The notes under the pieces are model-generated. The model searched no databases. It was not told where the DNA came from and saw only the letters and a list, made by a program, of their open reading frames with translations. Shown in pieces: positions 19,547 through 30,125 of a DNA stretch of 39,568 nucleotides (the first letter of the stretch is position 1; each line of letters begins with the position of its first letter). Source of the DNA: Pseudomonadota bacterium (lineage in GTDB: Bacteria > Pseudomonadota > Alphaproteobacteria > Acetobacterales > Acetobacteraceae); the NCBI GenBank assembly GCA_021826425.1, contig JAKAZY010000002.1:1-39568 (forward strand), in the 5' to 3' direction. The translations under genes were made by a program, and so were the position numbers.

Positions 19547-22187
19547 TCAGAGATGATAGTGGATGCCGAACAGGAAGTCTTGCCCGTAATATTCACGCTG
19601 AATGGGGAATTGCCTTGAGGCGCTCTGCGTGAATTCAAGCACGGTATTCCTGATGTTATGAACCTGGAAGAATGCCTGCCACTGCGGAGTTACATCATAC
19701 TCGATATCGGCATTCATTCCGAACATAGGCTGGGTGTAAACATTCGTGCTCGGGTCTGATCCGACGGCAAACAGTTTACGAGAGGTGTAGCTTTCGCTGA
19801 GATGGGCATGATACGCCCCCTTATCATACCCTTCTTCGACGTTGAAGGTGAAGGGGTAGCTCAAAGGCAGGATCGAACGCCCCTGACCTTGGATGACATC
19901 TGCTGTTGCGTCTACAAGTGTTGCGTTCGCGTTCACGAATAGCCCGGAGAAAGGACCCGGCAGCTCGTGGAAATGATGGATTGCCTGCAGAACGATACCG
20001 CGCGCCTGTGCGCCGCTGATGTTGGAGTAGGTCTGATAAGTCGTGGTCATGGTATTGCTCGTACGTGCTACGATATAGTTCTGGAAGGTTTTGATGAAGG
20101 CATCGGCTTCAAGAATATCGTCGGAGCTGGGGTAATAGGCCATAACGATATCAAAAGAATTACCTGTTTGTGGTTTAAGGTTTGGATTGCCGGTATTAAC
20201 CAGATCGCGTCCGCCTTGCCTACCTTGAGCCGTGAAGCTGATGGCCGGCGAGATTTGCTGGAAGCCAGGCCGAGAAATTCCGCTCGAATAGGAGAAACGC
20301 GCCTGAAGTTTTTGGATAATGGCGTAGGCAAGCTGTACCGAAGGAAAGACATTGACGTAGCTTTGGCTTTTCGTGGTGAGCTGGCCGTTAACAATGGTAT
20401 TGCCGTTGGCGTCTGTAGTCGAGCCATAGCCCGAATAGGCGGCATCCGTTGCCTAAACGCGCAAGCCGGCAATGACGCTGAGATTGCCGGCTTGCAGCGT
20501 TTCCTGCCCGTAGCCGGCATAAACATCCTCGCGATCATGCTGGTAGGATTGTAGATTGCTTATGGTGTTCGGCGTTACCGTATAAGGCACTCCAAAATAT
20601 GTTCCGTAATTCAGGTTCGGACCGAGCGGGTAGAGGCCGCTATAGGTTGACTGACTAGGATTGCCACCGGTGACATAGGAAAGTGGGTAGCTGCCGGTGT
20701 TCGGCGTCAGGCTTGCTCGCTCAGAGATCGAATTGCGTGTGCGCAGATGCGCGTTGAAGCCAGCCTCGAACGTCCCCAACGTGCGGCCGAGATCAGTTGG
20801 TATCGAGGCGGAAGCCCCCTCATCAAATACCTCGTCATGCCAGCGCGTGGGGGAGTTTGTAGCATTCGAGAATGTGTAGTTGGACGGGTTGGTGGCGTCG
20901 TAGTAATTGCCGCTCGCGTCCTGGATCGTATAGCTGCGCTGAGCGGGGTTGTTGGTGTTATAGTTGATCGTCAGGTTCTGGTTATTGCTGCCAAAATTCG
21001 TCACATAGTCGCGCGTGAACCGGTCAAACCCGGCCGCATAGGCGCTGTGGAATGTAACCGTAACCAAGTTGGCCAGCGTTACCCTGCCGCCACCTTGCAG
21101 GAAGCCCATCCCCAAACGCTCGAAGCTGTTTTCATAATACTTGTTCAGATTGGCACCCGTGGCGGTGAAGCTGTTATTGCCATTGGCGGTAACGCTACCA
21201 CCCGCCGTGCCATCCAGGTTCTGCAGATAGAGCTCGTTCTTCTGAATCGACTCGCCGATAGCGCTGTAGAATCCCCGCGCATAGAGATGGACCTGGTTGT
21301 TGGGATCGAAATCGAACTCGCCGGTATATCCTTGCGAGATGCGGTTATTGTTATAGCAGTCGAAACTGCAGCGTATTCACAAGTGCGGGGGCATTGCCAA
21401 CGGTGGCGTTGGTATAAGATTCCTCGGCGTCGAAAATACCGGGAGAGATATTATAGTAGCCATAGGAAAAAATCGAGCTGAATGGTTTATCATTTGAAAT
21501 GATATCATACCCGGAATGGCGAAATGCCCGCCGGCGGTGATATTTCCTGGGAAAATGCCATGTCCTTGCATGTCGGAGTAGCCACCGGCGGTGGTAACAT
21601 CAAGGACCGGCTTGCCATTATCGGGCAGGCTCGGCGGCAGCAGATCGACCACGCCGCCAAGGCCAGTTGCGGATATTGATGGGGTTTGCGTGGCAATAAC
21701 CTCGGTTCCGCCAATGACGCCGGGGGGGGATGAAGTCCAACGCGACAGCGCGGCTGCCCCCATTAGGGTTGGCATTGACGTTCGTTGCCGACAACTCGAT
21801 GCCGGCATACTCGGTCGTGTTCAGGTCGGGCGAGAGGCCACGAACGGTCAGAAATTGACCAAAGCTGGAGTCAGACTGTAGGGAAACACCAGGCACATGC
21901 TGAAGACTTTCAGACACGTTGGCGTCTGGCAATTGCCGCATGAAAGATTACGGTTGAACGAAAATGACATTAGGCGCAAGTTTTTGTTTGGCGATGGCCT
22001 GCGACTGCGTGCCTGATCCGCTAGGTGTCACAACGCCAGCCGATCCCGTCGCGGTTACACTGCCGAGATTGATGTTGATGGGCGAAGTCAACGTACTGGA
22101 TTGAGCGTGCGCCCCAGCCAACGGCAGTGCCGACAGTGCTGTCGACGCCAAGAGGCAAACCGCGCGCGAGCGCCTGAGACTATATAT
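19547..22187 (-). pseudogene. TonB-dependent receptor pseudogene
   Basis: Signal LLASTAL...AHAQ, plug LPDANVSESLQHVPGVS...VRGL, GNPNLKP and terminal FLFGIHYHL; start codon ATA at 22187 after AGGAG; in-frame TAA (21950-21948) and TAG (20455-20453); frameshifts near 21725 (G8 run), 21495 and 21362. Confidence 0.9.
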
Positions 22188-22996
22188 GCTGCTGCTCCTG
22201 TTCTGAAGTTTTGGTATTTTGTTAAGACGTTTGTTTTGAAATCTCTTAATCGGCGCTCATGCTCGGCAGGAGCAGACTCATTGCCGGTAATTCGATCCAC
22301 AGACCAATGCCAACGAGCGTCATGAAACGGAGGTTTTCCGCGGCCGGCGTTGTCAAGTTTCCGGTGAGGTTCATCGCGCGCGATTGGAGTTGGTTCGTGA
22401 TCAGGTCAATACTTTGCGGCCGTGTGCCAGGCGGTTAATGTAGGCCGCTTGTGCGCAGATACCGGGACTTCAGGGTATGTGATCGAAATCCGTTCTTGTA
22501 GGCCATTACTTCGTCCCCTTCGATATCAGTCGCTCAGCAGCCTCCTAGAGGGGCATCCGCCTCTCAGATTAAGCCACACATGGTTCAATCCGAAGCGGCT
22601 GCGCTCTGGCAGGGCGGCTTGTACAGAAATATGTGTTACATCTTTGGGGATGGTTTGATTGCAGATTGATGATAATGTGGGCGGTCGTGTAATCTATGAA
22701 GATCATGAAGTCCGCACCTGGCTGGTCTCGCACGTGCCAGCGTACACGTGCCAGGGTAATACGAGGGCTGCAGCGCATACCCTTCTGTCTTCCCTGGAAC
22801 CTGGTTTGCGATGGCTGGGGGCTCACCTGCATCGCGAGTACGCGGAAATCTGAAAAGCGAGATCGCCGCGCAGCGTGAGTGCGGACGTAACCGGGCGGAT
22901 CAGTTTGCCGCCATTCCCCCAATGTCGGCCCGCCCGCGCGATACAATGCGTTCGCTGATCAGGGCTCGGACCGGCAAGCTTAAGGTGGAGTTTCTC

Positions 22997-23082
22997 TAGA
23001 GCTGGATGATTTTAGATCGAATCACGAAGTGATCCGATCTAAAATCTGAATCCGCGTCTAAAACAATGAGATAGAGCGTGAT
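22997..23082. repeat. Type A palindromic repeat (left unit, linker, start of a divergent right unit)
   Basis: TAGAGCTGGATGATTTTAGATCGAATCAC...GATCCGATCTAAAATCTGAATCCGCGTCTA-AAACAATGAGA-TAGAGCGTGAT; the left unit closely matches 35305-35369. Confidence 0.85.
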
Positions 23083-23188
23083 GCCGTTTACGGGCATGGA
23101 AGCGGCCAGTGACAGCAACCACCGAGAAGAGCGCACGGCCCGCGTTTCAGATCAAATCGTTGAGGGTTCAACCTGAAACGAGGCGCGT

Positions 23189-23221
23189 CAGGGTGTTTTT
23201 CTGCAGATGAAAAACGCCCTG
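23189..23221 (-). terminator. Hairpin downstream of gcl
   Basis: CAGGGTGTTTTTC-TGCAGAT-GAAAAACGCCCTG, 4 nt after the stop; no strong U tract. Confidence 0.45.
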
Positions 23222-23225
23222 GATG

Positions 23226-24998
23226 TTAGGCTGTCGCGAGCGACGGGTCGAGGCAAAGCACTTCTTCGAACTCGTTAATCGCGTCGATTTCGGTGCCCAT
23301 CGCGATGTTGGTCACACGCTCCAGGATGAATTCGAGCACGACAGGGACCTGATGTTCTTCCATCAGTTTCTGGGCACGCGCGAAAGCGTCCTTGAACTCG
23401 TTCGGTGTTTTAACGCGGACGCCTTTGCAGCCCAGGCCTTCGGCAACGGCGATGTGGTCAACGCCATAACCCGGCACGGAATCGCCGCCTTCCTTGGCGT
23501 TGATGTTGTCAAAGGCGAGGCTGACCTCAAAATCCATCTGGAAACCGCGCTGCGCCTGACGGATCAGGCCGAGATAGGAGTTGTTCACCACCACATGCAG
23601 GTAGGGCAGTTTGTGCTGCGCGCCGACGGCCAGTTCCTCGATCATGAACTGGAAATCGTAATCGCCGGAAAGTGCCACGATCTTGCGGTTGGGGTCGGCA
23701 GCGCGCACGCCCAGCGCCGCAGGCAGGGTCCAGCCCAGCGGGCCGGCCTGGCCGCAATTGATCCAGTTGCGGGGCTTCTGGACCCGCAGGAACTGCGCGC
23801 CTGCAATTTGCGACAGACCGATGGTCGTGACGTAGCAGGTATCGGCATCCAGGCACTCGTTCATTTCCTCGTAGACGCGCTGCGGCTTCAGCGGCACGTC
23901 GTCGAAATGACTCTTGCGCAGCATGTTGGCCTTGCGGTGCTGGCACTCAGCCGCCCAGGCCGAACGGTCCTTTAGTTTGCCCGCGGCCTTGAGTTCCTTG
24001 GCGGCCTGGATGAACAGCTCCAGCGCGATCTTGGCGTCGGAGACGATGCCGAGATCAGGACCGAAGACGCGGCCAATCTGTGTCGGCTCGATATCGACAT
24101 GAACGAATTTGCGGCCCTTGGTGTAGACGTCAACCGAGCCGGTGTGGCGGTTGGCCCAACGGTTACCGATGCCGAAGGCGAAATCAGACTTCAGGAAGGT
24201 GGCGTTGCCATAGCGGTGGCTGGTCTGCAGGCCGACCATACCGGCCATAAGCGGGTGGGCATCAGGGATTGTGCCCCAGCCCATCAGGGTCGGGATCACA
24301 GGCACGCCGGTCAGTTCAGCCAGTTCCACGAGCAGGTCACTCGCGTCGGCGTTGATGATGCCACCACCGGCGACAATCAGCGGACGTTCGGACTCGTTCA
24401 GCATCTCAAGGGCCTTGCGCGCCTGCTTAAGCGTGGCGGCAGGCTTATAGACCGGCAACGGCTCGTAGGTGTCGATGTCGAATTCGATCTCTGCCATTTG
24501 CACGTCGATCGGCAGATCGATCAACACCGGGCCGGGGCGGCCCGATTTCATGACGTGGAACGCTTGCTGGAAGGCGCGGGGCACCAGCGCCGGTTCGCGC
24601 ACGGTGGTCGCCCATTTGGTTACGGGCTTGGCGATGGCCTCGATGTCGACCGCCTGGAAGTCTTCCTTATAAAGGCGGGCACGGGGCGCCTGGCCGGTAA
24701 TGCACAGCATCGGTATCGAATCAGCGATGGCCGCGTAAAGGCCGGTGATCATGTCCGTACCTGCCGGGCCGGAGGTGCCAATGCACACGCCGATATTGCC
24801 AGCCTTGGCGCGCGAGTAACCGTCGGCCATGTGGGAGGCGCCCTCAACATGGCGGGCCAGAACATGGCGGATGGAGCCGCGTTTGCGCATCGCAGCATAG
24901 AAAGGGTTTATGGCTGCGCCAGGAAGGCCAAAGGCGGTGTTTATGCCTTCGCGCTCCAAAACCAGCACAGCGGCGTCCACTGCGGTCATCTTTGCCAT
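23226..24998 (-). CDS. gcl: Glyoxylate carboligase
   Basis: [11 protein letters not shown]...[25 protein letters not shown] (Val in place of the usual catalytic Glu, diagnostic for Gcl), [10 protein letters not shown], ThDP motif SGDYDFQF...NN; GGAGGA RBS. Confidence 0.96.
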   Translation of the reverse strand: MAKMTAVDAAVLVLEREGINTAFGLPGAAINPFYAAMRKRGSIRHVLARHVEGASHMADGYSRAKAGNIGVCIGTSGPAGTDMITGLYAAIADSIPMLCITGQAPRARLYKEDFQAVDIEAIAKPVTKWATTVREPALVPRAFQQAFHVMKSGRPGPVLIDLPIDVQMAEIEFDIDTYEPLPVYKPAATLKQARKALEMLNESERPLIVAGGGIINADASDLLVELAELTGVPVIPTLMGWGTIPDAHPLMAGMVGLQTSHRYGNATFLKSDFAFGIGNRWANRHTGSVDVYTKGRKFVHVDIEPTQIGRVFGPDLGIVSDAKIALELFIQAAKELKAAGKLKDRSAWAAECQHRKANMLRKSHFDDVPLKPQRVYEEMNECLDADTCYVTTIGLSQIAGAQFLRVQKPRNWINCGQAGPLGWTLPAALGVRAADPNRKIVALSGDYDFQFMIEELAVGAQHKLPYLHVVVNNSYLGLIRQAQRGFQMDFEVSLAFDNINAKEGGDSVPGYGVDHIAVAEGLGCKGVRVKTPNEFKDAFARAQKLMEEHQVPVVLEFILERVTNIAMGTEIDAINEFEEVLCLDPSLATA

Positions 24999-25066
24999 GT
25001 CGTCCTCCAGCACGTAAATTCGTCGTAAGAGACATATCGCATGTTAACGCGGGAATTCGAGATGGA

Positions 25067-25082
25067 TTCCACGATACGGTAA
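25067..25082. promoter_or_regulatory. Putative IclR operator in the gcl/IclR divergon
   Basis: TTCCACGATACGGTAA; shares TTCCACGATAC with 27044-27054; related site TTTCCCGTATCCTGAAA near 25166. Confidence 0.5.
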
Positions 25083-25251
25083 TTTCAAATAATTATTAAC
25101 TAAAATCTAAGTTATTTGAAATTCTAGTTTGTGCAATTGACGATATTTTGGTATTGCCGCCGGGTTTTCCCGTATCCTGAAAGTCCGGCTGAAATAGTCT
25201 TGAATCCCAAGGGATTTGGCAATTTCAGCATAAAAAAGCGAGGAGAAAGTG

Positions 25252-26088
25252 ATGGTAGGCCGGCCGACTTCAACGAAAAAGCTCACCGCACCGCGAGGTG
25301 GGTCCACGAAGGGCCGTTCTGACCAAGTGCAGTCGCTTGTCCGCGCCTTGTCCTTGTTAAATCGTATCGCGGAATCTCCGGACGATGGTGCCAGCCTGAC
25401 AGATCTGGCCCAGCAAGTTGGCCTGCCGGCATCAACCGCGCATCGGCTTCTGTTGACATTGGAGCAAGAGCGCTATGTGCGCTTTGGCCAGAGCAGGCGG
25501 CTTTGGACCATCGGCGTTCAGGCCTTTGTCACCGGCTGCGCCTTCGTGAAGACCCGCAACCTCGCGGCCATGGCGAGGACGCATTTGCGCCAGCTCATGG
25601 AAAATAGTGGCGAGACGGTTAACCTTGCTGTGGAGGATAAAGGCGAGGCGGTTTATCTTGCCCAGGTTGAGTGCCGACAAATGATGCGCGTGCTGGCGCG
25701 CCCCGGTACCCGCGTGCCGATGCATTGCTCTGCAGTTGGCAAAGCTATTTTTTCCGCGACATCCGACAAGGCGATCGGGCAAATTTTGCATCAGCACGGC
25801 ATGCCCAGGCTGACGGCCAAAACGATCACCACACCGGCGGCGCTGCGCAACGAACTCGTTAAGGTAAAAAACCAGGGCTATGCGGTCGATGACGAAGAGC
25901 ACGCCGTTGGCTTGCGTTGCATTGCAGCGCCCGTGTTTGATGAAACGGGCGATGTGATTGGCGCGGTTTCGGTCTCTGGCCCCATGGCCCGCATCGACGA
26001 AGACCGGATTTCCGAGCTGGGCCGAATGGTTGTTGATGCCGCAATTGCCGTCTCTGCCGAGATGGGAGCGGTATCCCTGAAAGTATAG
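25252..26088 (+). CDS. IclR-family regulator (glyoxylate-responsive AllR/BhcR-like)
   Basis: VQSLVRALSLL...LPASTAHRLLLTL HTH; GETVNL, MHCSAVGKA, DDEEHAVGLRCIAAP; divergent from gcl; AGGAG RBS. Confidence 0.92.
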   Translation: MVGRPTSTKKLTAPRGGSTKGRSDQVQSLVRALSLLNRIAESPDDGASLTDLAQQVGLPASTAHRLLLTLEQERYVRFGQSRRLWTIGVQAFVTGCAFVKTRNLAAMARTHLRQLMENSGETVNLAVEDKGEAVYLAQVECRQMMRVLARPGTRVPMHCSAVGKAIFSATSDKAIGQILHQHGMPRLTAKTITTPAALRNELVKVKNQGYAVDDEEHAVGLRCIAAPVFDETGDVIGAVSVSGPMARIDEDRISELGRMVVDAAIAVSAEMGAVSLKV

Positions 26089-26145
26089 TCTCACATTGAG
26101 TCGATAATCAGCTTCTATATCAATATGTTATAGAATTATTGTTGA

Positions 26146-26982
26146 TCAACCAATTCGTACATCGCGCCCCGCATAGAGTGCTGTGAGCCGTTGGGCGGCT
26201 TCCTTCAACGCTTTGCCGAGCGGCACGATCCGGTCATCGGTCATTCGAAAATTTGGCGCCGATACGGAGATCGTACCAGCCGGCTCACCGAACTCATTAA
26301 GGATGGCCGTGCCGATACAGCGCATGCCGAAGGCGTGCTCTTCGTTATCAAGCGCATAGCCCCGCCGCACCGTCTGTTCGACATCATCGAGTAGAGAAGT
26401 CTGGTCACTATGGGTTGTCTTGGTGAAGCGCGTGTATTTGCAGCTCCTCAGCAGTTTTATCCGCTGCTCCGGCGCTAGTACAGCAAGCACTGCCTTGCCT
26501 GCGGCCGAGGCATGCAGCGGCAATTCTGAGCCAGGGCGAAAAAAGGCGCGGACGGACGCATGGCTCTCTGCCTGTCCCACACAGATGATGGCGGGGTCCT
26601 CGAAGACTGACAGATTGACGGTTTCATCTGTTGCCCGTTGCAGCGCGCGCAGCACCGGGCGGGCGATCTCCGGCAGTTTGCGGATTCGCAGATAGGCAGA
26701 GCCGATACGGAACAGCCCAACGCCCACTGACCAGAGTCCGGTCTCGATATCGTGCCCGACAAGGCCGCGATGCTCCAGGGTTTGTAATTGCCTGTGCACG
26801 GTCGAGATCGGCAAGCCTGTGCGCCGGCTAATTTCAGCAAGGGAGGTGAAGTCTATCCCGGCAAGCACTTCGAGGATGGATACCGCCCGGTCAAGGGACT
26901 GGATATCGCTGCTTCCCTCTCCATTGGCTGAAGGCGGCCTCCCGCGCCGCCGCGGTGTGTCGGGTTGGTTGATGTCATTCAT
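26146..26982 (-). CDS. Second IclR-family regulator (BhcR-like N-terminal RRRGRP)
   Basis: IQSLDRAVSIL...STVHRQL HTH; ETVNL, LHASAAGKA, DNEEHAFGMRC. Confidence 0.92.
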   Translation of the reverse strand: MNDINQPDTPRRRGRPPSANGEGSSDIQSLDRAVSILEVLAGIDFTSLAEISRRTGLPISTVHRQLQTLEHRGLVGHDIETGLWSVGVGLFRIGSAYLRIRKLPEIARPVLRALQRATDETVNLSVFEDPAIICVGQAESHASVRAFFRPGSELPLHASAAGKAVLAVLAPEQRIKLLRSCKYTRFTKTTHSDQTSLLDDVEQTVRRGYALDNEEHAFGMRCIGTAILNEFGEPAGTISVSAPNFRMTDDRIVPLGKALKEAAQRLTALYAGRDVRIG

Positions 26983-27025
26983 GCGCGCCTCCTGGGTGCG
27001 CGACCTTGCGGAACGTCATCGGCTT

Positions 27026-27059
27026 TTCCACGATAATCTACTTTTCCACGATACAAGAA
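27026..27059. promoter_or_regulatory. Tandem putative IclR operators
   Basis: CTTTTCCACGATA occurs twice (27023, 27041); TTCCACGATACAAGAA at 27044-27059; ATACAAGAA again at 27072. Confidence 0.5.
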
Positions 27060-27179
27060 TATTTCTCTATAATACAAGAAAAACTCCACTGGACAAAACG
27101 CTCTCGATTTGCCATTCTCTCACATCGTGAGATTAATTCCCATATATATTTTGAATATGGGCATGAGGGAGGTAGTGGG

Positions 27180-27317
27180 ATGGCGCGGATGAGAGCAGCT
27201 GAGGCGGCGATCAGGACTATGGAACGCGAGGGCGTGGATGTCGCCTTTGGCGTTCCGGGCGCCGCACTCCCACCGCTTTACGACCTGCCGGTAGGAAAGG
27301 CCGTGCCAGCGAAGTAA
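27180..27317 (+). pseudogene. gcl: Truncated second glyoxylate carboligase (45-aa relic)
   Basis: MARMRAAEAAIRTMEREGVDVAFGVPGAALPPLYD aligns with the Gcl N-terminus ([34 protein letters not shown]); GGAGG RBS; stops after 45 codons. Confidence 0.85.
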
Positions 27318-27360
27318 GCTTTGAAGCGGGGGAGGGGAAACACAGAAGGAGATTTAGAAC

Positions 27361-28335
27361 ATGAAGGTATGCATTTTTGGCGCTGGCGCAATCGGCGGGT
27401 ATCTTGGCGCGGAAATGTCTCGCGCGGGGGCAGATGTAAGCTTGGTGGCGCGCGGTCCGAACCTTGAGGCCATGCGCCGTGATGGTGTGCGCGTGATCAA
27501 GGAAAACGAAGAGTTTGTCGCGCGCCCGGTCTGCACCAACGACACGAGCGAGCTTGGCGTCCAGGATTGCGTGATTATCGGTCTCAAGGCGCATCAGATT
27601 TCCGCTGCCGTCCCGGCGCTGCAGCCATTATTGGGTAGCCATACGAGCGTGGTCGCTGCGGTTAACGGCATTCCGTATTGGTATTTTCATCGTCACGGCG
27701 GTAAGCTTGACGGTAAGGTTGTAGAGAGCGTCGATCCGGGCGGTCTGCAGTGGAATGGCATCGGGGCGGAGCGCGCCATCGGCTGCGTTGTTTACCCGGC
27801 AACGGAGCTCGAGCAGCCCGGCGTCATCCGCCATGTCTATGGCCACAAATTTCCCATTGGCGAGCCTTCGGGCGAGATCACGCCGCGCGTGGAGCGCCTG
27901 TCGGAGCTGTTCGCAGCGGCGGGCCAGAACGCGCCGGTTCTTGACCGCATCCGCGACGAGATTTGGCTGAAACTGTGGGGTAATCTCAGCTTCAACCCGG
28001 TCAGTGCGCTCACCCATGCGACGCTTGACGTGATCTGCACAGACACTGGCACTCGCGCGGTGTGTAAGGCGATGATGCTGGAGGCGCAGGCTATTGCCGA
28101 AACGCTCGGCGTGAAATTCCGTGTCGATGTTGAGCGCCGGATCGAGGGGGCGCGCAAAGTTGGTGCGCATAAAACCTCGATGCTGCAAGATCTCGAGCGT
28201 GGGCGCGAAATGGAGATTGCACCGTTGCTGACAGTGGTGCAGGAACTTGGTCGCATGGTGGACCTTCCAACTCCGACCATAGATATTATTCATGCGCTGA
28301 TTTGCCAACGGGCGATAACAGCCAAGATGAATTAA
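27361..28335 (+). CDS. panE2: Ketopantoate-reductase-family protein, probable oxalyl-CoA reductase (PanE2-like)
   Basis: 324 aa; GAGAIGG, NGIPYWYF, IWLKLWGNLSFNP, HKTSMLQD; lies in an oxalate/glyoxylate cluster, matching the role of Methylobacterium extorquens panE2. Confidence 0.75.
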   Translation: MKVCIFGAGAIGGYLGAEMSRAGADVSLVARGPNLEAMRRDGVRVIKENEEFVARPVCTNDTSELGVQDCVIIGLKAHQISAAVPALQPLLGSHTSVVAAVNGIPYWYFHRHGGKLDGKVVESVDPGGLQWNGIGAERAIGCVVYPATELEQPGVIRHVYGHKFPIGEPSGEITPRVERLSELFAAAGQNAPVLDRIRDEIWLKLWGNLSFNPVSALTHATLDVICTDTGTRAVCKAMMLEAQAIAETLGVKFRVDVERRIEGARKVGAHKTSMLQDLERGREMEIAPLLTVVQELGRMVDLPTPTIDIIHALICQRAITAKMN

Positions 28336-28406
28336 CCCCTGGCGTTGCGTTTACGCCAGCCACTCAGCACAGGCCGCGCCGCAAGGTGCGGCCTTAGGAG
28401 GATTTA

Positions 28407-29186
28407 ATGCCGCAATTTGCTGCAAACCTGACGATGCTTTTCAACGAGCTGCCTTTTCTCGATCGCTTCGCCGCCGCGGCTGCTGCGGGCTTTGATGCGG
28501 TGGAGTTCATGTTCCCATATGATTACGAGCCAGCCGAGATCACCGACAGATTGAAAGCAAACGGCCAGAAGCTGGTTTTGCATAATCTGCCGGCTGGCAA
28601 TTGGGCTGGCGGCGACCGTGGCATTGCCTGCCAGCCCGGCCGCGTGGAGGAATTCCGCGCCGGTGTGGAGCGGGCGGTTACCTATGCCAAGGCGTTGAAC
28701 TGCCCGCGGCTGAACTGCCTTGCCGGCATCCCCACCGGGGATGCGGCGGAAGCCCGCCAGGTGCTGGTCGAAAACCTGCGCTACGCGGCGGGGATGCTCG
28801 GCGCTGCCGGGCTCGAGCTGCTGCTGGAGCCGGTGAATACCCGTGATGTGCCTGGTTTCTTCGTGAACAAGATCGCGCAGGCGCTTTCCATTCTCGACGA
28901 TGTGGGCGCCAGCAACGCAAAACTGCAGTTCGACATCTACCACACCCAGGTGATGGAAGGTGATATCGCCAACAAGCTTGCGGCGAATTTTGCCCGGATT
29001 GGCCATATCCAGCTCGCGGATAATCCGGGCCGTAACGAGCCAGGCACCGGCGAGATCAACTACCCGTTCCTGTTCAGCCGCATCGATGCGCTCGGTTACC
29101 GCGGTTGGATCGGTTGCGAATATAAGCCGCGCGCCACGACCGTCGAGGGCTTGTCCTGGCTTACCACCCAGATGCCAGCGCGCTGA
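28407..29186 (+). CDS. hyi: Hydroxypyruvate isomerase
   Basis: FAANLTMLF, VEFMFPY, LLEPVN, FDIYH, HIQLADNPGRNEPGTGEINY, GCEY. Confidence 0.95.
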   Translation: MPQFAANLTMLFNELPFLDRFAAAAAAGFDAVEFMFPYDYEPAEITDRLKANGQKLVLHNLPAGNWAGGDRGIACQPGRVEEFRAGVERAVTYAKALNCPRLNCLAGIPTGDAAEARQVLVENLRYAAGMLGAAGLELLLEPVNTRDVPGFFVNKIAQALSILDDVGASNAKLQFDIYHTQVMEGDIANKLAANFARIGHIQLADNPGRNEPGTGEINYPFLFSRIDALGYRGWIGCEYKPRATTVEGLSWLTTQMPAR

Positions 29187-29225
29187 GTTTTATCAAACAT
29201 TCATCATCTTCAGGAGACGAACGAT

Positions 29226-30125
29226 ATGAGCAAGATCGGATTCATCGGCCTCGGCATCATGGGCCGCCCCATGGCTGGGCACCTGCTCGCTGGCGGCCAT
29301 ACAGTTTACGCCTTCGACCCGTTTGGCGTCTCGCCTGAACTCGTTGAGAAGGGTGCCATCGTCACCGCGAATAATGCTGAAGTCGCCCGCAATGCCGATA
29401 TTATCATCATGATGGTGCCGGACACCCCCAACGTCGAAGACGCTTTGTTCTCACCAGGCGGCGTCGCCGAAGGGCTGACAGCGGGTAAGATCGTCGTCGA
29501 CATGAGTTCGATCTCGCCGATCGAAACAAAGGTGTTCGCGAAGAAGATCAATGATCTGGGCTGTGAATATCTCGACGCGCCGGTCTCCGGCGGCGATGTG
29601 GGTGCCAAGGCCGCAAGCCTGACCATCATGGTTGGTGGCTCGGAATCGGCTTTCAACACGGTGCTCCCGATCTTCCAACTCATGGGCAAGAACATCACCC
29701 TGGTTGGCGGTAATGGCGATGGCCAGACCACCAAGGTTGCCAACCAGATCATTGTGGCGCTGACCATCGAGGCCGTTGGCGAGGCGTTGCTGTTCGCCTC
29801 CAAGGCCGGGGCTGATCCCGCCAAGGTGCGCCAAGCCCTCATGGGCGGCTTCGCGAACTCACGCATTCTGGAAGTGCACGGCGAGCGTATGGTCAAGCGC
29901 AATTTTGAGCCTGGCTTCCGCATCGCCTTGCATCAGAAAGACCTGAACCTGGCGTTGGCCGGTGCGCGTTCGCTGGGTCTTAGCCTGCCGAACACAGCCA
30001 CTTGTCAGGAGCTGTTCAATGCCGCCGCCGCCGCCGGCGGCTCGGCCTGGGACCACTCCGGCATGGTCCGCGTGCTGGAGAAGCTTGCCAACCATGAAAT
30101 CTCCAGCCCCTCGCAGGCAAAGTGA
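29226..30125 (+). CDS. glxR: 2-hydroxy-3-oxopropionate (tartronate semialdehyde) reductase
   Basis: GFIGLGIMG, DAPVSGG, GQTTKVANQ, PGFRIALHQKDL. Confidence 0.93.
   Translation: MSKIGFIGLGIMGRPMAGHLLAGGHTVYAFDPFGVSPELVEKGAIVTANNAEVARNADIIIMMVPDTPNVEDALFSPGGVAEGLTAGKIVVDMSSISPIETKVFAKKINDLGCEYLDAPVSGGDVGAKAASLTIMVGGSESAFNTVLPIFQLMGKNITLVGGNGDGQTTKVANQIIVALTIEAVGEALLFASKAGADPAKVRQALMGGFANSRILEVHGERMVKRNFEPGFRIALHQKDLNLALAGARSLGLSLPNTATCQELFNAAAAAGGSAWDHSGMVRVLEKLANHEISSPSQAK

Noticed and set aside
19547-22151. Five separate small CDSs, or phase variation at the G8 tract of the TonB receptor
   Set aside because: The fragments join into one receptor, and the additional nonsense codons and frameshifts mean slippage at G8 alone could not restore it.
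27006-27317. 103-aa ORF as a real gene
   Set aside because: The first 58 codons are AT-rich promoter/operator DNA; only the part from ATG 27180 is Gcl-like.
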